Source: an uncultured Hyphomicrobiales bacterium (GTDB lineage: Bacteria > Pseudomonadota > Alphaproteobacteria > Rhizobiales > Xanthobacteraceae). From it: DNA of 64,000 nucleotides. The DNA lies in NCBI GenBank assembly GCA_964538565.1, contig CAZIGW010000055.1:1344-65343 (forward strand), given 5' to 3'. The notes beneath the pieces are model-generated. The model saw nothing but the letters and a program-made list of their open reading frames with translations, was not told where the DNA came from and made no database searches. The translations under genes and the position numbers were made by a program. Shown here piece by piece: positions 8,458-18,795 of this stretch (position 1 is its first letter; each line of letters opens with the position of its first letter).

Positions 8458-9567
8458 ATGCCAAACCGACACGGAAACCGAGACCAGCGCTCGAAGACGC
8501 AACACTGGATTGCGCGCATGATGGAACGCCCGGTGCGGTCCGCGATGAGCCGTCGCCGCCTCGCACGCGCGATCGCGTTTGCCGCCGTCGGCGCCATGCT
8601 TTTCGCGGTCTCCAGCGCGCACGCGCAGAGAATGCTGCTCAACGTGTCGTACGACCCGACGCGGGAACTCTATCGCGACCTCAATGCGCTGTTCGCGGCC
8701 GACTGGAACAAGCGGACGGGCGAGAGCATCACGATCCGCATGTCGCACGGAGGATCCGGCGCGCAGGCACGTGCGGTGATCGACGGCCTCGCCGCGTCCG
8801 TGGTGACGCTGGCGCTCGCCGCCGACATCGACGCGATCGCGCGCGCGACCGGAAAAATTCCCGCTGACTTGCAGAAGCGCCTGCCCAACAACTCCTCTCC
8901 CTACACCTCCACGATCGTGTTCCTCGTGCGCAAGGGAAACCCCAAGAACATCCGGGACTGGGACGACCTGGTCCGCCGCGACGTGCAGGTGATCACGCCC
9001 AATCCGAAGACGTCGGGCGGCGCACGCTGGAACTACCTTGCGGCCTGGGGCGCCGTGCTCGACAAGTCGCATGACGAAGCGAAAGCGAAAGCGTTCGTCT
9101 CCGCGCTCTACCGCAACGTCCCGGTGCTCGACACCGGCGCGCGCGGCGCCACCACCACGTTCGCCCAGCGCGGCATCGGCGACGTGTTGATCGCCTGGGA
9201 GAACGAGGCCCACCTCGCGCTCGCGCAGTTCGGCGCCGAGAAGTTCGACATCGTGGTTCCGACCATCTCCATCCGCGCCGAACCGCCGGTCGCGCTGGTC
9301 GACGGCAATGTCGATTCCGCGGGGACCCGGGCGCCGGCGCAGGCCTACCTCGAGTTCCTCTACACGCCGGACGCCCAGGCCGTCATGGCGAAGCATTTTT
9401 ACCGCCCCGTCAATCCCGAGCGCGCCGCCAAAGCCGACCTCGACCGCCTGCCGCAGATGAAGCTCTTCACCATCGACCAGATGTTCGGCGGCTGGGACAA
9501 CGTCCAGACGCGGCATTTCGGCGACGGCGGCATCTTCGACGACATCGTGCGCGCGAGTCGCCGTTGA
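8458..9567 (+). CDS. sbp: Sulfate/thiosulfate ABC transporter periplasmic binding protein
   Basis: Tail of ORF 8227..9567. ATG 8458 is preceded by GGGGAGAG; starts at 8518 or 8545 are also possible. Leader [25 protein letters not shown]. Motifs [44 protein letters not shown]. Confidence 0.9.
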   Translation: MPNRHGNRDQRSKTQHWIARMMERPVRSAMSRRRLARAIAFAAVGAMLFAVSSAHAQRMLLNVSYDPTRELYRDLNALFAADWNKRTGESITIRMSHGGSGAQARAVIDGLAASVVTLALAADIDAIARATGKIPADLQKRLPNNSSPYTSTIVFLVRKGNPKNIRDWDDLVRRDVQVITPNPKTSGGARWNYLAAWGAVLDKSHDEAKAKAFVSALYRNVPVLDTGARGATTTFAQRGIGDVLIAWENEAHLALAQFGAEKFDIVVPTISIRAEPPVALVDGNVDSAGTRAPAQAYLEFLYTPDAQAVMAKHFYRPVNPERAAKADLDRLPQMKLFTIDQMFGGWDNVQTRHFGDGGIFDDIVRASRR

Positions 9568-9600
9568 CGTAGCATCGTGCACCTTCGACACTGGAAAGCG

Positions 9601-10437
9601 ATGCAGCCCCGATTCAAGCGACCAAGCGCCATTCCGGGCTTCGGGCTCGCGCTCGGCTACACGTTCCTCTACCTCGCGCTGATCGTGCTGTTGCCGCTCG
9701 CCGCCCTCCTGCTCAAGGCGTCGGACCTCGGCTTGCACGGCCTGTGGGCGATCGCCGCCGAGCCGCGCGTGCTCGCCGCCCTGCGCACGAGCTTCGGGCT
9801 CGCCGTGCTCGCCGCGTTCGTCGACGCGATCTTCGGCCTGCTGGTCGCCTGGGTGTTGACGCGCTACGCCTTTCCTGGCCGGCGGCTGCTCGACGCCGCC
9901 GTCGACCTGCCGTTCGCGCTGCCGACCGCGGTCGCCGGCATCGCGCTCGCAAGCCGCTACGCGCCGAACGGCTGGCTCGGCGCGCCGCTCGCCGATCTCG
10001 GCCTCAAGGTCGCCTTCACGCCGCTCGGCATCTTCGTGGCGCTCGTGTTCGTCGGCCTTCCGTTCACGGTGCGCACCGTACAACCGCTGATCGTCGAGAT
10101 CGACCGCGAGCTCGAAGAAGCGTCGGCGACGCTCGGGGCGAGCCGCCGGCAGACATTGATGCGCGTCATCGTCCCGATGCTCACGCCGTCGATTCTCACC
10201 GGCTTCGCGCTCGCCTTCGCCCGCTCCGTCAGCGAATACGGCTCGGTCATCTTCATCGCCGGCAACGTTCCCTACGTCTCGGAGATCGCGCCGCTGCTCG
10301 TCGTCATCCGGCTCGAAGAATACAACTACGCCGGCGCGACCGGGATCGCCGCCGTCATGCTGGCGCTGTCGTTCGTGATCCTGCTCATCGTCAATCTGAT
10401 TCAGGCGTGGAGCCGGCGGAGGTTCGGGCATGCGTAG
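9601..10437 (+). CDS. cysT: Sulfate ABC transporter permease CysT
   Basis: Track ORF 9577..10437; ATG 9601 chosen. N-terminus [30 protein letters not shown] is CysT-like. EAA loop [23 protein letters not shown]. Confidence 0.9.
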   Translation: MQPRFKRPSAIPGFGLALGYTFLYLALIVLLPLAALLLKASDLGLHGLWAIAAEPRVLAALRTSFGLAVLAAFVDAIFGLLVAWVLTRYAFPGRRLLDAAVDLPFALPTAVAGIALASRYAPNGWLGAPLADLGLKVAFTPLGIFVALVFVGLPFTVRTVQPLIVEIDRELEEASATLGASRRQTLMRVIVPMLTPSILTGFALAFARSVSEYGSVIFIAGNVPYVSEIAPLLVVIRLEEYNYAGATGIAAVMLALSFVILLIVNLIQAWSRRRFGHA

Positions 10438-11308
10438 GACGCGTGTGCCGCGAAGGGCGGCGCAAGGCCATCGCGCGGTCACGACCGAATCGCCTGCGGC
10501 GCGTTCGGCCTTGATCGTGCTTGCGGTCGCCTTCCTTGGTCTCTTTCTCATCCTGCCGGTGGTCGTCGTCTTCGCCGAGGCGTTCCGCCGCGGCGTCGGC
10601 GCCTACCTGGCCGAGTTCCACGATCCCGACGCACAGGCCGCGATCCGGCTGACGCTGACGGTCGCGGCGATCGCGGTCCCGCTCAACCTTCTGTTCGGTC
10701 TCGCCGCCTCGTGGTCGATCGCCAAATTCGAGTTTCGCGGCAAGAGTCTCCTGATCACTCTCATCGACCTGCCGTTCTCCGTGTCGCCGGTCGTGGCCGG
10801 TCTCGTCTACGTCCTGGTGTTCGGCACCCAGGGCCTGTTCGGACCCTGGCTGCAGGCGCACGGCGTCGAAGTCATCTTCGCCCTGCCCGGCATCGTGCTC
10901 GCCACGGTGTTCGTCACCTTTCCGTTCATCGCCCGCGAGCTGATCCCGCTCATGCAGGAGCAGGGCACGACCGACGAGGAGGCCGCCTTGACGCTCGGCG
11001 CCGGCGGGCTGCGCACATTCTTCACCGTCACGCTGCCCAACGTACGCTGGGGCCTCCTCTACGGCGTTCTCCTCTGCAACGCGCGCGCCATGGGCGAGTT
11101 CGGCGCGGTCGCGGTCGTCTCCGGCCATATCCGCGTCTTGACCAACACGATGCCGCTGCACGTCGAGATTCTCTACAACGAGTACAACTTCGTCGCCGCC
11201 TTCACGATCGCCTCGCTGCTGGCGCTCCTCGCGCTGGTGACGCTCGCCGCCAAGACGTTTCTCGAATGGCGCTACGGCGAAGCACTCGCCGCGACCACGC
11301 GCCACTGA
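10430..11308 (+). CDS. cysW: Sulfate ABC transporter permease CysW
   Basis: ORF 10430..11308, overlapping cysT by 8 nt. EAA loop [27 protein letters not shown]. Confidence 0.9.
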   Translation: MRRTRVPRRAAQGHRAVTTESPAARSALIVLAVAFLGLFLILPVVVVFAEAFRRGVGAYLAEFHDPDAQAAIRLTLTVAAIAVPLNLLFGLAASWSIAKFEFRGKSLLITLIDLPFSVSPVVAGLVYVLVFGTQGLFGPWLQAHGVEVIFALPGIVLATVFVTFPFIARELIPLMQEQGTTDEEAALTLGAGGLRTFFTVTLPNVRWGLLYGVLLCNARAMGEFGAVAVVSGHIRVLTNTMPLHVEILYNEYNFVAAFTIASLLALLALVTLAAKTFLEWRYGEALAATTRH

Positions 11309-12357
11309 TGGAGCCGACGGTGGACATCCGTATTCTCGGCATCTCCAAGGAGTTCGGCACGACCGGCGCGCTGCGCGACGTGAGCCTCGACATCGCGGAG
11401 GGCGAACTCGTGGCGCTGCTCGGACCCTCCGGCTCGGGCAAGACGACGCTCCTTCGCGTCATCGCCGGGCTCGAGACGCCGAGTGCGGGCCGGGTGCTGA
11501 TCGCCAACGAGGACGCCACGCGGCTGCCCGTGCAGAGCCGGCGCATCGGCTTCGTGTTCCAGCACTACGCGCTGTTCAAGCATCTCACCGTGTTCGAGAA
11601 CATCGCCTACGGCCTTCGCGTGCGCGCGCGGGCCGAGCGCCCGGCGGGAAGCGAGATCGCGCGCCGCGTGCGCGAGCTGCTCGAACTCGTGCAGCTCCCG
11701 GATGTGGAAAAGCGCTATCCGATGCAGCTCTCGGGCGGCCAGCGCCAGCGCGTGGCGCTGGCGCGCGCGCTCGCGGTGGAGCCGCGGGTTCTCCTGCTCG
11801 ACGAGCCGTTCGGCGCGCTCGACGCCAAGGTGCGCAAGGATCTGCGGCGCTGGCTGCGCGAGGTGCACGAGCGCACGGGACACACGACCATCTTCGTCAC
11901 TCATGACCAGGAAGAGGCGCTGGAGCTCGCCGACCGAGTCGCGATCCTCAACGAAGGCCGGCTCGAGCAGATCGGGACCGCCGACGACGTCTACGACCGG
12001 CCCGCCTCCCCTTTCGTCATGGCCTTCGTGGGCGACACGAGCACGCTGCCGATCGAGATGTGCGAGGGGCGTATGAGCGTCGGCGGCGTGACGGTGGCGG
12101 CCGACATCCAGGGCGAGGCGAACGGCCGCGCGCATCTCTACCTGCGGCCCGGCGACGTCGTCCTGACGGACGTCGAATCCTCTCCCCTCCGGGGCACGGT
12201 GAGCGGCATGCGCCGCACTGCGACCGGACGCCGCGTTCAGGTGCAGATCGGTCCTGCCGAGACCGTCATCGAGATCGAGGCGCCGGCGAGCGCCTGCGCG
12301 AAGGTCGGCGACCGCGTCGGCGTCACCATCCGCCAGGGCCGCGTATTCGCCGCCTGA
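11308..12357 (+). CDS. cysA: Sulfate ABC transporter ATP-binding protein CysA
   Basis: Tail of ORF 10711..12357. ATG 11308 overlaps the cysW stop (ATGA). Motifs [35 protein letters not shown], plus a C-terminal regulatory beta-domain. Confidence 0.92.
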   Translation: MEPTVDIRILGISKEFGTTGALRDVSLDIAEGELVALLGPSGSGKTTLLRVIAGLETPSAGRVLIANEDATRLPVQSRRIGFVFQHYALFKHLTVFENIAYGLRVRARAERPAGSEIARRVRELLELVQLPDVEKRYPMQLSGGQRQRVALARALAVEPRVLLLDEPFGALDAKVRKDLRRWLREVHERTGHTTIFVTHDQEEALELADRVAILNEGRLEQIGTADDVYDRPASPFVMAFVGDTSTLPIEMCEGRMSVGGVTVAADIQGEANGRAHLYLRPGDVVLTDVESSPLRGTVSGMRRTATGRRVQVQIGPAETVIEIEAPASACAKVGDRVGVTIRQGRVFAA

Positions 12358-12450
12358 GGGCCCGGCGCCGTTGAACCCGCGCCCGCCCGCGCGCGACCAA
12401 TGACTATCGAGGCCAGGCGGCCGCCCCCACCTGACGGACGAAAACGCACC

Positions 12451-12693
12451 ATGTCGAACCAGACGAAGATTGTCGTGGCGGCCGCTGCCGCTCTCACCCT
12501 CGGCGCCACCGCGCTCGCCACGACCGGCGCCGCCGAGGCTCACTACGAGCACTTCCACTACGGGTTCGGCTACGGCGGCTTCTGCAACACCGACGATGTC
12601 CCGAGCTACCAGAGCTGCCACTACGTCCCGCGGTACGACCGCTTCGGCGCCTCTATCGGCAGCGTCGAGGTTTGCGACGACGCGGACGACTGA
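12451..12693 (+). CDS. Small exported protein of unknown function (80 aa precursor; His/Tyr/Gly/Cys-rich 50-aa mature part)
   Basis: Tail of ORF 12400..12693 from ATG 12451. Sec-type leader MSNQTKIVVAAAAALTLGATALATTGAAEA. Mature part HYEHFHYGFGYGGFCNTDDVPSYQSCHYVPRYDRFGASIGSVEVCDDADD. Third-position G/C is strongly enriched. A strong terminator follows. Confidence 0.6.
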   Translation: MSNQTKIVVAAAAALTLGATALATTGAAEAHYEHFHYGFGYGGFCNTDDVPSYQSCHYVPRYDRFGASIGSVEVCDDADD

Positions 12694-12750
12694 GCCGACC
12701 CAACCGTCGGTCGGCGCGTGCGCCCCCATCCACCCCCGCGCCGATACGAT

Positions 12751-12788
12751 CGACCCGCCCGGACCCGTTTCGGGCGGGTCGTTGCTTT
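12751..12788 (+). terminator. Rho-independent terminator after the small exported protein gene
   Basis: Perfect 11-bp stem CGACCCGCCCG (12751-12761) / CGGGCGGGTCG (12771-12781), 9-nt loop, tail TTGCTTT. Confidence 0.65.
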
Positions 12789-12892
12789 CCGGGTTGACAC
12801 GGGGCATCTCTGGACGAGCAAATGTCGTGGTTCGACCGATTCCGGTGAGAGGTTCGACGGTCCCTCTCGACGTGCTCGACCAGGAGGCTCAG

Positions 12893-14815
12893 GTGTTTCG
12901 ATCGATCGCCACGGTGTCGCTCGGAGGAACCCTGATCGACAAGATGACCGCCATCGCGGCGGCAGGCTTCGACGGCTTCGAGATCTTCGAGAACGACCTG
13001 CTGTATTTCGACGGCACGCCCGCCGACGTGAAGCGCATCGCCGGCGACCTCGGCCTGCGCATCCTGCTGTTCCAACCGTTCCGCGATTTCGAGGCGGGGC
13101 CGCGCGAGCGCCTGCAGCGCAACCTCGACCGCGCCGAACGCAAGTTCGACGTGATGGAGCAGCTCGACGTCGACCTGATGCTCGTGTGCAGCAGCGTCGC
13201 GCCGGACGCGGTCGACGACGACGCGCTCGCGGCCGGCGATCTGCACGAGCTCGGCCAGCGCGCCGCGCGGCGCGGATTGCGCATCGGCTACGAGGCGCTG
13301 TGCTGGGGCCGCAACGTCAGCACCTATGGGCACGCCTGGAAGATCGTGCAGGCCGCGGACCACCCGGCGGTCGGCCTCGTGGTCGACAGTTTCCACACGC
13401 TCGCGATCCGCGACGACGACAGCGGCATCGCCGAGATCCCGGGCGACCGCATCTTCATGCTGCAGATCGCCGACGCCCCGCTGATCCAGCTCGACCCGCT
13501 GTCGTGGAGCCGGCACTTCCGCCTGTTCCCGGGGCAGGGCGCCTTTCCGCTGACGCGCTTCGTGCGCAACGTCGTGGCTTCCGGCTACGGCGGGCCGATC
13601 TCGCTCGAGATCTTCAACGACGAGTTCCGCGCCGCGCCGCCGCGTCCGACCGCGATCGACGCCATGCGCTCGCTCATCCTGCTGGAGGAGCAGCTGATCG
13701 CCGAATCCGGCGTGAAGCCGGCGAGCCCGGTCGTCGCCGGGATGCTGGCGCCGCCCGCCGCCCCGGTCTGCCGCGGCTTCGAGTTCGTGGAGTTCGCGGT
13801 CGACGCCGATACGCGGCCGCGGCTCGCCGCCATGTTCGACGCCATGGGATTCGCCCAGACCGGCGTGCACCGGTCGAAGGACGTGAGCCTGCACAGCCAG
13901 GGCGACGTGCACCTGATCCTCAACGCCGAGAAGGACTCCTTCGCCCATTCGTATTTCCTGGTGCACGGGCCGTCGGTGTGCGCGCTCGCCTTCCGGGTCG
14001 ACGACGCCCAGCGCGCGACGGAGCGCGCGCTGCGCTACAAGGCGCAGACATTCCGCGGGCGCGTCGGACCGAACGAGCTCGTCATCCCGGCAATCCGCGG
14101 GCTCGAGGGCAGCCTCGTCTATCTGGTCGAGCGTTTCGGCGCGCAGGGCACGATCTACGACGTCGATTTCCGGCCGCCGCCCCAGCCCGCCCGGACCAAC
14201 GACTGCGGCCTCAAGAGCATCGACCACGTGGCGCAGGTGATGCCGCGCGGCCAGCTCGACGGTGCGCTCCTGTTCTACCGCTCGGTGTTCGGCTTCGAGG
14301 CCGAGCCCGCCTTCGAGCTCATCGACCCGTACGGCCTGATTCAGAGCCGCGTGGTGGAGAACGCCGACCGCACCGTGCGCATCCCGCTCAACGCCTCGCT
14401 CAGCCCCAACACGACCAGCGCCCGGTTCGTGGCGACCTACAGCGGCGCCGGCGTGCACCACATCGCCATCACGACCGACGACATCTTCGCCACCATCCGT
14501 GCCATGCGGGCGAACGACGTTCCGCTGCTCGAGATCCCGGCGAACTACTACGAGAACCTGGCGGCGCTCTACGATCTCCCGGCCGACCGGCTCGAGGAGA
14601 TGCGCCGGCTGTCGATCCTCTACGACCGCACCAATGCCGGCGAATTCTTCCACGCCTACACGCTCGCCTTCGACGGCCGCTTCTTCTTCGAGTTCGTCGA
14701 ACGCCGCAACTACGACGGGTTCGGTGCGGCAAACGCGTCCGTGCGCCTCGCCGCACAGGCGGTCCACGACACCTCCCAGCGAACCGCGCGCGTGTCCGGT
14801 CAGGCGGCGATCTGA
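12893..14815 (+). CDS. quiC: Fused 3-dehydroshikimate dehydratase type protein (sugar-phosphate-isomerase-like TIM barrel + HPPD/VOC-like domain; QuiC/QsuB type)
   Basis: Tail of ORF 12470..14815. GTG 12893 has a perfect AGGAGG 5 nt upstream. N-terminal domain motifs GFDGFEIFENDLL, RIGYEALCWG, PISLEIFNDEF. C-terminal domain motifs GFEFVEFAVD, IDHVAQVMP, GAGVHHIAITTDDIF, GRFFFEFVERRNYDGFG. Confidence 0.75.
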   Translation: MFRSIATVSLGGTLIDKMTAIAAAGFDGFEIFENDLLYFDGTPADVKRIAGDLGLRILLFQPFRDFEAGPRERLQRNLDRAERKFDVMEQLDVDLMLVCSSVAPDAVDDDALAAGDLHELGQRAARRGLRIGYEALCWGRNVSTYGHAWKIVQAADHPAVGLVVDSFHTLAIRDDDSGIAEIPGDRIFMLQIADAPLIQLDPLSWSRHFRLFPGQGAFPLTRFVRNVVASGYGGPISLEIFNDEFRAAPPRPTAIDAMRSLILLEEQLIAESGVKPASPVVAGMLAPPAAPVCRGFEFVEFAVDADTRPRLAAMFDAMGFAQTGVHRSKDVSLHSQGDVHLILNAEKDSFAHSYFLVHGPSVCALAFRVDDAQRATERALRYKAQTFRGRVGPNELVIPAIRGLEGSLVYLVERFGAQGTIYDVDFRPPPQPARTNDCGLKSIDHVAQVMPRGQLDGALLFYRSVFGFEAEPAFELIDPYGLIQSRVVENADRTVRIPLNASLSPNTTSARFVATYSGAGVHHIAITTDDIFATIRAMRANDVPLLEIPANYYENLAALYDLPADRLEEMRRLSILYDRTNAGEFFHAYTLAFDGRFFFEFVERRNYDGFGAANASVRLAAQAVHDTSQRTARVSGQAAI

Positions 14816-14845
14816 CCGTCGGCAGGGCTCGTCGGCCGCCCGCGG

Positions 14846-14875
14846 CTTGACAGGGCGGCAGCGTGCTTTCTGTAT
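14846..14875 (+). promoter_or_regulatory. Candidate sigma70-type promoter
   Basis: CTTGAC (14846-14851), 18-nt spacer, CTGTAT (14870-14875), about 40 nt upstream of ATG 14912. Resembles the alphaproteobacterial CTTGAC-N17-CTATAT consensus. Confidence 0.3.
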
Positions 14876-14911
14876 GCCGGGCGGCCAGCGGACGCGGCCG
14901 CGGGGGACGTC

Positions 14912-15742
14912 ATGTCGACCAGAAACCTTTCGCTCAATCTCGGCACCGTGCGCCGGCAGTGGAGCCTGCGCGAGGCGGTGGAGGCCTGCGCGCGCCACGG
15001 CTATGCCGGGGCGGCGCCCTGGCGTGATCAGGTGGCCGAGACCGGCCTTGCGGAAGCCGCGCGCATCTTCAAAGCCAACGGCATCCGGGTGACCGGCTAT
15101 TGCCGCGGCGGCATGTTCGCCGCGCTCGACGACACCGGACGGCGCATGGCGATCGACGACAACAGGCGCATGATCGACGAGGCGGCGGCGCTCGGCGCCG
15201 AGTGCATCGTGATGATCGGCGGCGGGCTGCCGGAGGGTTCGCGCGACATCGCCGCCGCCCGCCGCATGTTCGCCGACGGCATCGCGGCCGTGCTGCCGCA
15301 TGCCCGCGCGTGCGGCGTTGCGCTAGCGCTCGAGCCGCTGCATCCGATGTACGCGGCCGACCGCGGCTGCATCAGCACGCTGGCGGAGGTGAACGAGCTT
15401 TGTGACGCGCTGGGAGAGGGCGTCGGAATTGCCGTCGACGTCTATCACGTCTGGTGGGACCCCGACCTCGCCGGGCAGATCGCGCGCGCAGGCAGACGCA
15501 TCATCGCCCACCACATCTGCGACTGGCTCGTGCCGACCCGGCATCTGCTGACCGATCGTGGCATGATGGGCGACGGCGTGATCGATCTCGCCGGCATCCG
15601 GGCGATGATCGAGCGCGCCGGCTATCGCGGCCTGCAGGAGGTCGAGATCTTTTCCGAGGACTGGTGGAACAAGCCGGGCGACGAGGTCCTGGCGATCGCC
15701 CGCGAGCGCTTCGACAGCGTGTGCCAGGCGGCCCGATCGTGA
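14912..15742 (+). CDS. Xylose-isomerase-like TIM-barrel protein (sugar phosphate isomerase/epimerase family)
   Basis: ORF 14912..15742. Family-type motifs VALALEPLHPMYA and IIAHHICDW, with the alternating beta/alpha pattern. Confidence 0.75.
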   Translation: MSTRNLSLNLGTVRRQWSLREAVEACARHGYAGAAPWRDQVAETGLAEAARIFKANGIRVTGYCRGGMFAALDDTGRRMAIDDNRRMIDEAAALGAECIVMIGGGLPEGSRDIAAARRMFADGIAAVLPHARACGVALALEPLHPMYAADRGCISTLAEVNELCDALGEGVGIAVDVYHVWWDPDLAGQIARAGRRIIAHHICDWLVPTRHLLTDRGMMGDGVIDLAGIRAMIERAGYRGLQEVEIFSEDWWNKPGDEVLAIARERFDSVCQAARS

Positions 15743-15872
15743 ACGGCTCGCGTCGTTCGGTCCCTTGCTTTGCGGGTTGAGTTTTGCATTCATAGCCGCA
15801 GTCAGGCCGCAAGCCGGGCGCGCCGTTTGTGCGTCCCAGCCGATCCAACGACGCGCCTGCGGGAGGAACGCC

Positions 15873-16865
15873 ATGTCTCGCACGATTGCTCGCCTGAAAG
15901 CCCTGTTGCCGCTCGCCTTCGCGATGTCGCTGTTCGCGGGCGCGACATCCGCGCAGACCGAGATCAAGTTCGGCCATGTCGGCGAACCCGGCTCGCTGTT
16001 CGACCGTTCGGCGCAGGAGTTCGCCAAGCGCGCCAACGAGAAGCTCGGCGCGAAGGCCAAGGTGGTGGTGTTCGGATCGAGCCAGCTGGGCGGCGATTCC
16101 GAGCTCCTGAAGAAACTCAAGCTCGGCACCGTCGATCTTGCGCTGCCGTCGACCGTGATGTCCTCGCAGGTCCCGCTGTTCGGCCTGTTCGAGATGCCCT
16201 ATCTGGTGAAGGACCGCGCTCACATGGCGCGCATCCGCGACCAGGTCGTGACGCCCGTCCTGGCGCCGGCGGCCGCCAAGCAGGGCTACAACATCATCGC
16301 GGTGTGGGAGAACGGTTTCCGCCACATCACCAATTCGAAGCGTCCGATCGTCAAGCCCGAGGACCTGAAGGGCCTCAAGCTGCGCGTCCCGCAGGGCGGC
16401 TGGCGCGTGAAGATGTTCCAGGCCTACGGGGCCAACCCGAGCCCGATGGCGCTGTCCGAGGTGTTCGTCGCGTTGCAGACCGGAGTGATGGATGCGCAGG
16501 AAAACCCGCTGGCGCAGATCTACCCGTCGCGCTTCTACGAGGTGCAGAAGTATCTCTCGCTCACCGGCCACGTCTACACGCCGGCCTACGTCACGGCCGG
16601 GCGGAGCTGGGGCAACCTGCCGCCCGACGTGCAGAAGGTGCTCACCGACACCGCGAAGGAGATGCAGCCCGTGGTCGCCAAGATCGCGGCCGAGCTCGAT
16701 GACGACTACCTCAAGAAGCTTAAGGCCGCCGGCATGCAGGTGAACGAGGCCGACAAGGACGCCTTCATCAAGGCCAGCGCCAAGATCTACGAGGAGTTCT
16801 CCAAGGAGGTCCCGGGCGGGAAGGACCTGATCGACAAGTCGCTCGCGCTCGGCAAGTCGTCCTGA
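15873..16865 (+). CDS. dctP: TRAP transporter substrate-binding subunit (DctP family)
   Basis: Tail of ORF 15765..16865 from ATG 15873 (GGGAGGAA SD). Signal peptide MSRTIARLKALLPLAFAMSLFAGATSA. Motifs EIKFGHVGEPGS, KLGTVDLALPS, DAQENPL. Confidence 0.9.
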   Translation: MSRTIARLKALLPLAFAMSLFAGATSAQTEIKFGHVGEPGSLFDRSAQEFAKRANEKLGAKAKVVVFGSSQLGGDSELLKKLKLGTVDLALPSTVMSSQVPLFGLFEMPYLVKDRAHMARIRDQVVTPVLAPAAAKQGYNIIAVWENGFRHITNSKRPIVKPEDLKGLKLRVPQGGWRVKMFQAYGANPSPMALSEVFVALQTGVMDAQENPLAQIYPSRFYEVQKYLSLTGHVYTPAYVTAGRSWGNLPPDVQKVLTDTAKEMQPVVAKIAAELDDDYLKKLKAAGMQVNEADKDAFIKASAKIYEEFSKEVPGGKDLIDKSLALGKSS

Positions 16866-16899
16866 TCGCGACGACGCGGCCGAACCTGGGGGATCGCGG

Positions 16900-17469
16900 G
16901 TGACTTTGGACAGGATGCGGGCCGTGTTCGGGCGATTGCTCGAAGCGATCGTCGTCGCCCTCATGGTCGCGCTGACGCTGCTCGTCATCACCGGCTCCGC
17001 CTTCCGGTATCTCGGCAGCGCGCTTTCCTGGTACGACGAGCTGACCGGCATCGGCATGGTCTGGCTCACCTACTACGGATCGGCGCTCGCCGCGCTCAAG
17101 GGCTCGCACATCGGCGTGCCCGGCTTCGTCAACGCCATGCCGGCCCGTGCGCGGCTCGTCACCACGATCTTCGCCGAGGCCTGCGTGTTCGTGTTCTTCA
17201 TCGTGCTCGCCGTCACGGGCACCGAGGTGCTCATCATCCTCGGCGGCGACACGATGGTGAGCCTGGACTGGGTTCCGCTGCGGCTGACCCAGTCGGTCAT
17301 ACCGATCGGCGCGGTGCTGTTCATCATCGCCGAGGCGCTGCGCCTGCCGCAGGTGCTGCGCGAGGCCCGCGGCAGCGGGTTCATCGACGTCGAGCTCAAG
17401 GAAGCGCTGGAGCACGCGGGCGAGCCGGTGCCGGGCGCCGGCACCACGACGGAAGGCGCGCGCGCATGA
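16900..17469 (+). CDS. dctQ: TRAP transporter small permease (DctQ family)
   Basis: ORF 16900..17469 (GTG with GGGGGA upstream; alternative ATG at 16915). Four hydrophobic segments. Sits between dctP and dctM. Confidence 0.85.
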   Translation: MTLDRMRAVFGRLLEAIVVALMVALTLLVITGSAFRYLGSALSWYDELTGIGMVWLTYYGSALAALKGSHIGVPGFVNAMPARARLVTTIFAEACVFVFFIVLAVTGTEVLIILGGDTMVSLDWVPLRLTQSVIPIGAVLFIIAEALRLPQVLREARGSGFIDVELKEALEHAGEPVPGAGTTTEGARA

Positions 17470-18752
17470 CCATCACGCTGATGCTGGTCGGCATGCTGGC
17501 GCTCGCGGTGCTCAACGTGCCGATCGCGATCGCGCTCGGCCTCGTCGGCATGGCGGCGATCCTGCTGATCCAGGGGCCGTCGATGCTGGCAAACGCGGCG
17601 CTCGTGATGTTCGACGGCGCCTCCAACTTCTCGCTCAGCGCCATCCCGCTGTTCATCCTGGCCGGCGCCATCATGAACGCCTCGTCGATCTCGCGGCGGC
17701 TGATCGCCTTCGCGTCGGCCGTCGTCGGCTTCGTGCGCGGCGGCCTGTCGATGGTGTCGATCGGCGCATCGGTGTTCTTCGCCGAGATTTCCGGTTCGGC
17801 GGTGGCGGACGTCGCCGCACTCGGCACCTTGCTCATTCCGGCGATGAAGAGCCGCGGCTATTCGAAGGAGGTGGCGGCGGCCGTCGTCTCCTCCTCGGCG
17901 AGTCTCGCCATCATCATCCCGCCGTCGATCCCGATGATCCTCTACGCCGTGATGGCGCAGACGTCGGTGGTGAAGCTGTTCGTCGCCGGCATCGTGCCCG
18001 GCCTGATCGGCGCGCTCGGACTGGCGCTCGCCGCCTACTGGCAGGCGGTGCGCTACGACTTCCCGATCGAGGAACGTTTCCGCATCGAGCGCGTCTGGGT
18101 GACGTTCAAGGAAGCCCTGTGGGCCTTCATCCTGCCGGTCGCCATTCTCGGCTCGATCTTCGGCGGCATCGTCACGGCGACCGAAGGCGCCGGCATGGCG
18201 GTGGTGGCTGCGATCGTGGTCGGCGGCTTCATCTACCGCGATCTCGACCTGAAGGAACTGCGCAAGGCGTGCGTCGACGGAGGCGTGCAGACCGCGGTCG
18301 TGATGTTGCTCGTCGCCGCCTCGGCGCTGATCGGCACGTTCCTCACCGAGGCGCAGCTGCCGCAGGCGCTCGCCCACGCGATCACCGGCGTGACGACGAA
18401 CAAGTATGTCGTTCTGCTGCTGCTCAATGTCGCCTTCCTGATCCTCGGGATGTTTCTCCACTCGGCGGCGGCGATCATCCTGGTGATCCCGATCGTCATG
18501 CCGATGGTGACGGCGGTGGGCATCGATCCCATTCACTTCGGCCTGGTGGTCACGCTCAACCTCGCCATCGGCCAGCAGACGCCGCCGGTCGCGAGCGTGC
18601 TGATGGCCTCCTGCGCCATCGCCAAGGCGGACATCTGGGAGACCACCAAGGTCAACCTGCCGTTCATCGCGGCGCTGCTGCTGGTGCTCGTCGTGTGCAC
18701 CTACGTGCCGTTCCTCTCGCTCGGCTTGGTCGAGTTCTTCTACGGGAAATAG
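17466..18752 (+). CDS. dctM: TRAP transporter large permease (DctM family)
   Basis: ORF 17466..18752, ATGA overlap with dctQ. 428 aa polytopic membrane protein of DctM type. Confidence 0.92.
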   Translation: MTITLMLVGMLALAVLNVPIAIALGLVGMAAILLIQGPSMLANAALVMFDGASNFSLSAIPLFILAGAIMNASSISRRLIAFASAVVGFVRGGLSMVSIGASVFFAEISGSAVADVAALGTLLIPAMKSRGYSKEVAAAVVSSSASLAIIIPPSIPMILYAVMAQTSVVKLFVAGIVPGLIGALGLALAAYWQAVRYDFPIEERFRIERVWVTFKEALWAFILPVAILGSIFGGIVTATEGAGMAVVAAIVVGGFIYRDLDLKELRKACVDGGVQTAVVMLLVAASALIGTFLTEAQLPQALAHAITGVTTNKYVVLLLLNVAFLILGMFLHSAAAIILVIPIVMPMVTAVGIDPIHFGLVVTLNLAIGQQTPPVASVLMASCAIAKADIWETTKVNLPFIAALLLVLVVCTYVPFLSLGLVEFFYGK

Positions 18753-18795
18753 GCGCGGACGTTGACGCATCCCGGCCCTTGGTCGCGGCAGGAAC

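Noticed and set aside
12653-15301. 882-aa minus-strand ORF
   Set aside because: It is antisense to the QuiC-type gene and the TIM-barrel gene. The composition is Arg/Gly/Ala/Val-rich with no motifs. The sense-strand genes have clear domain signatures and SD sequences.
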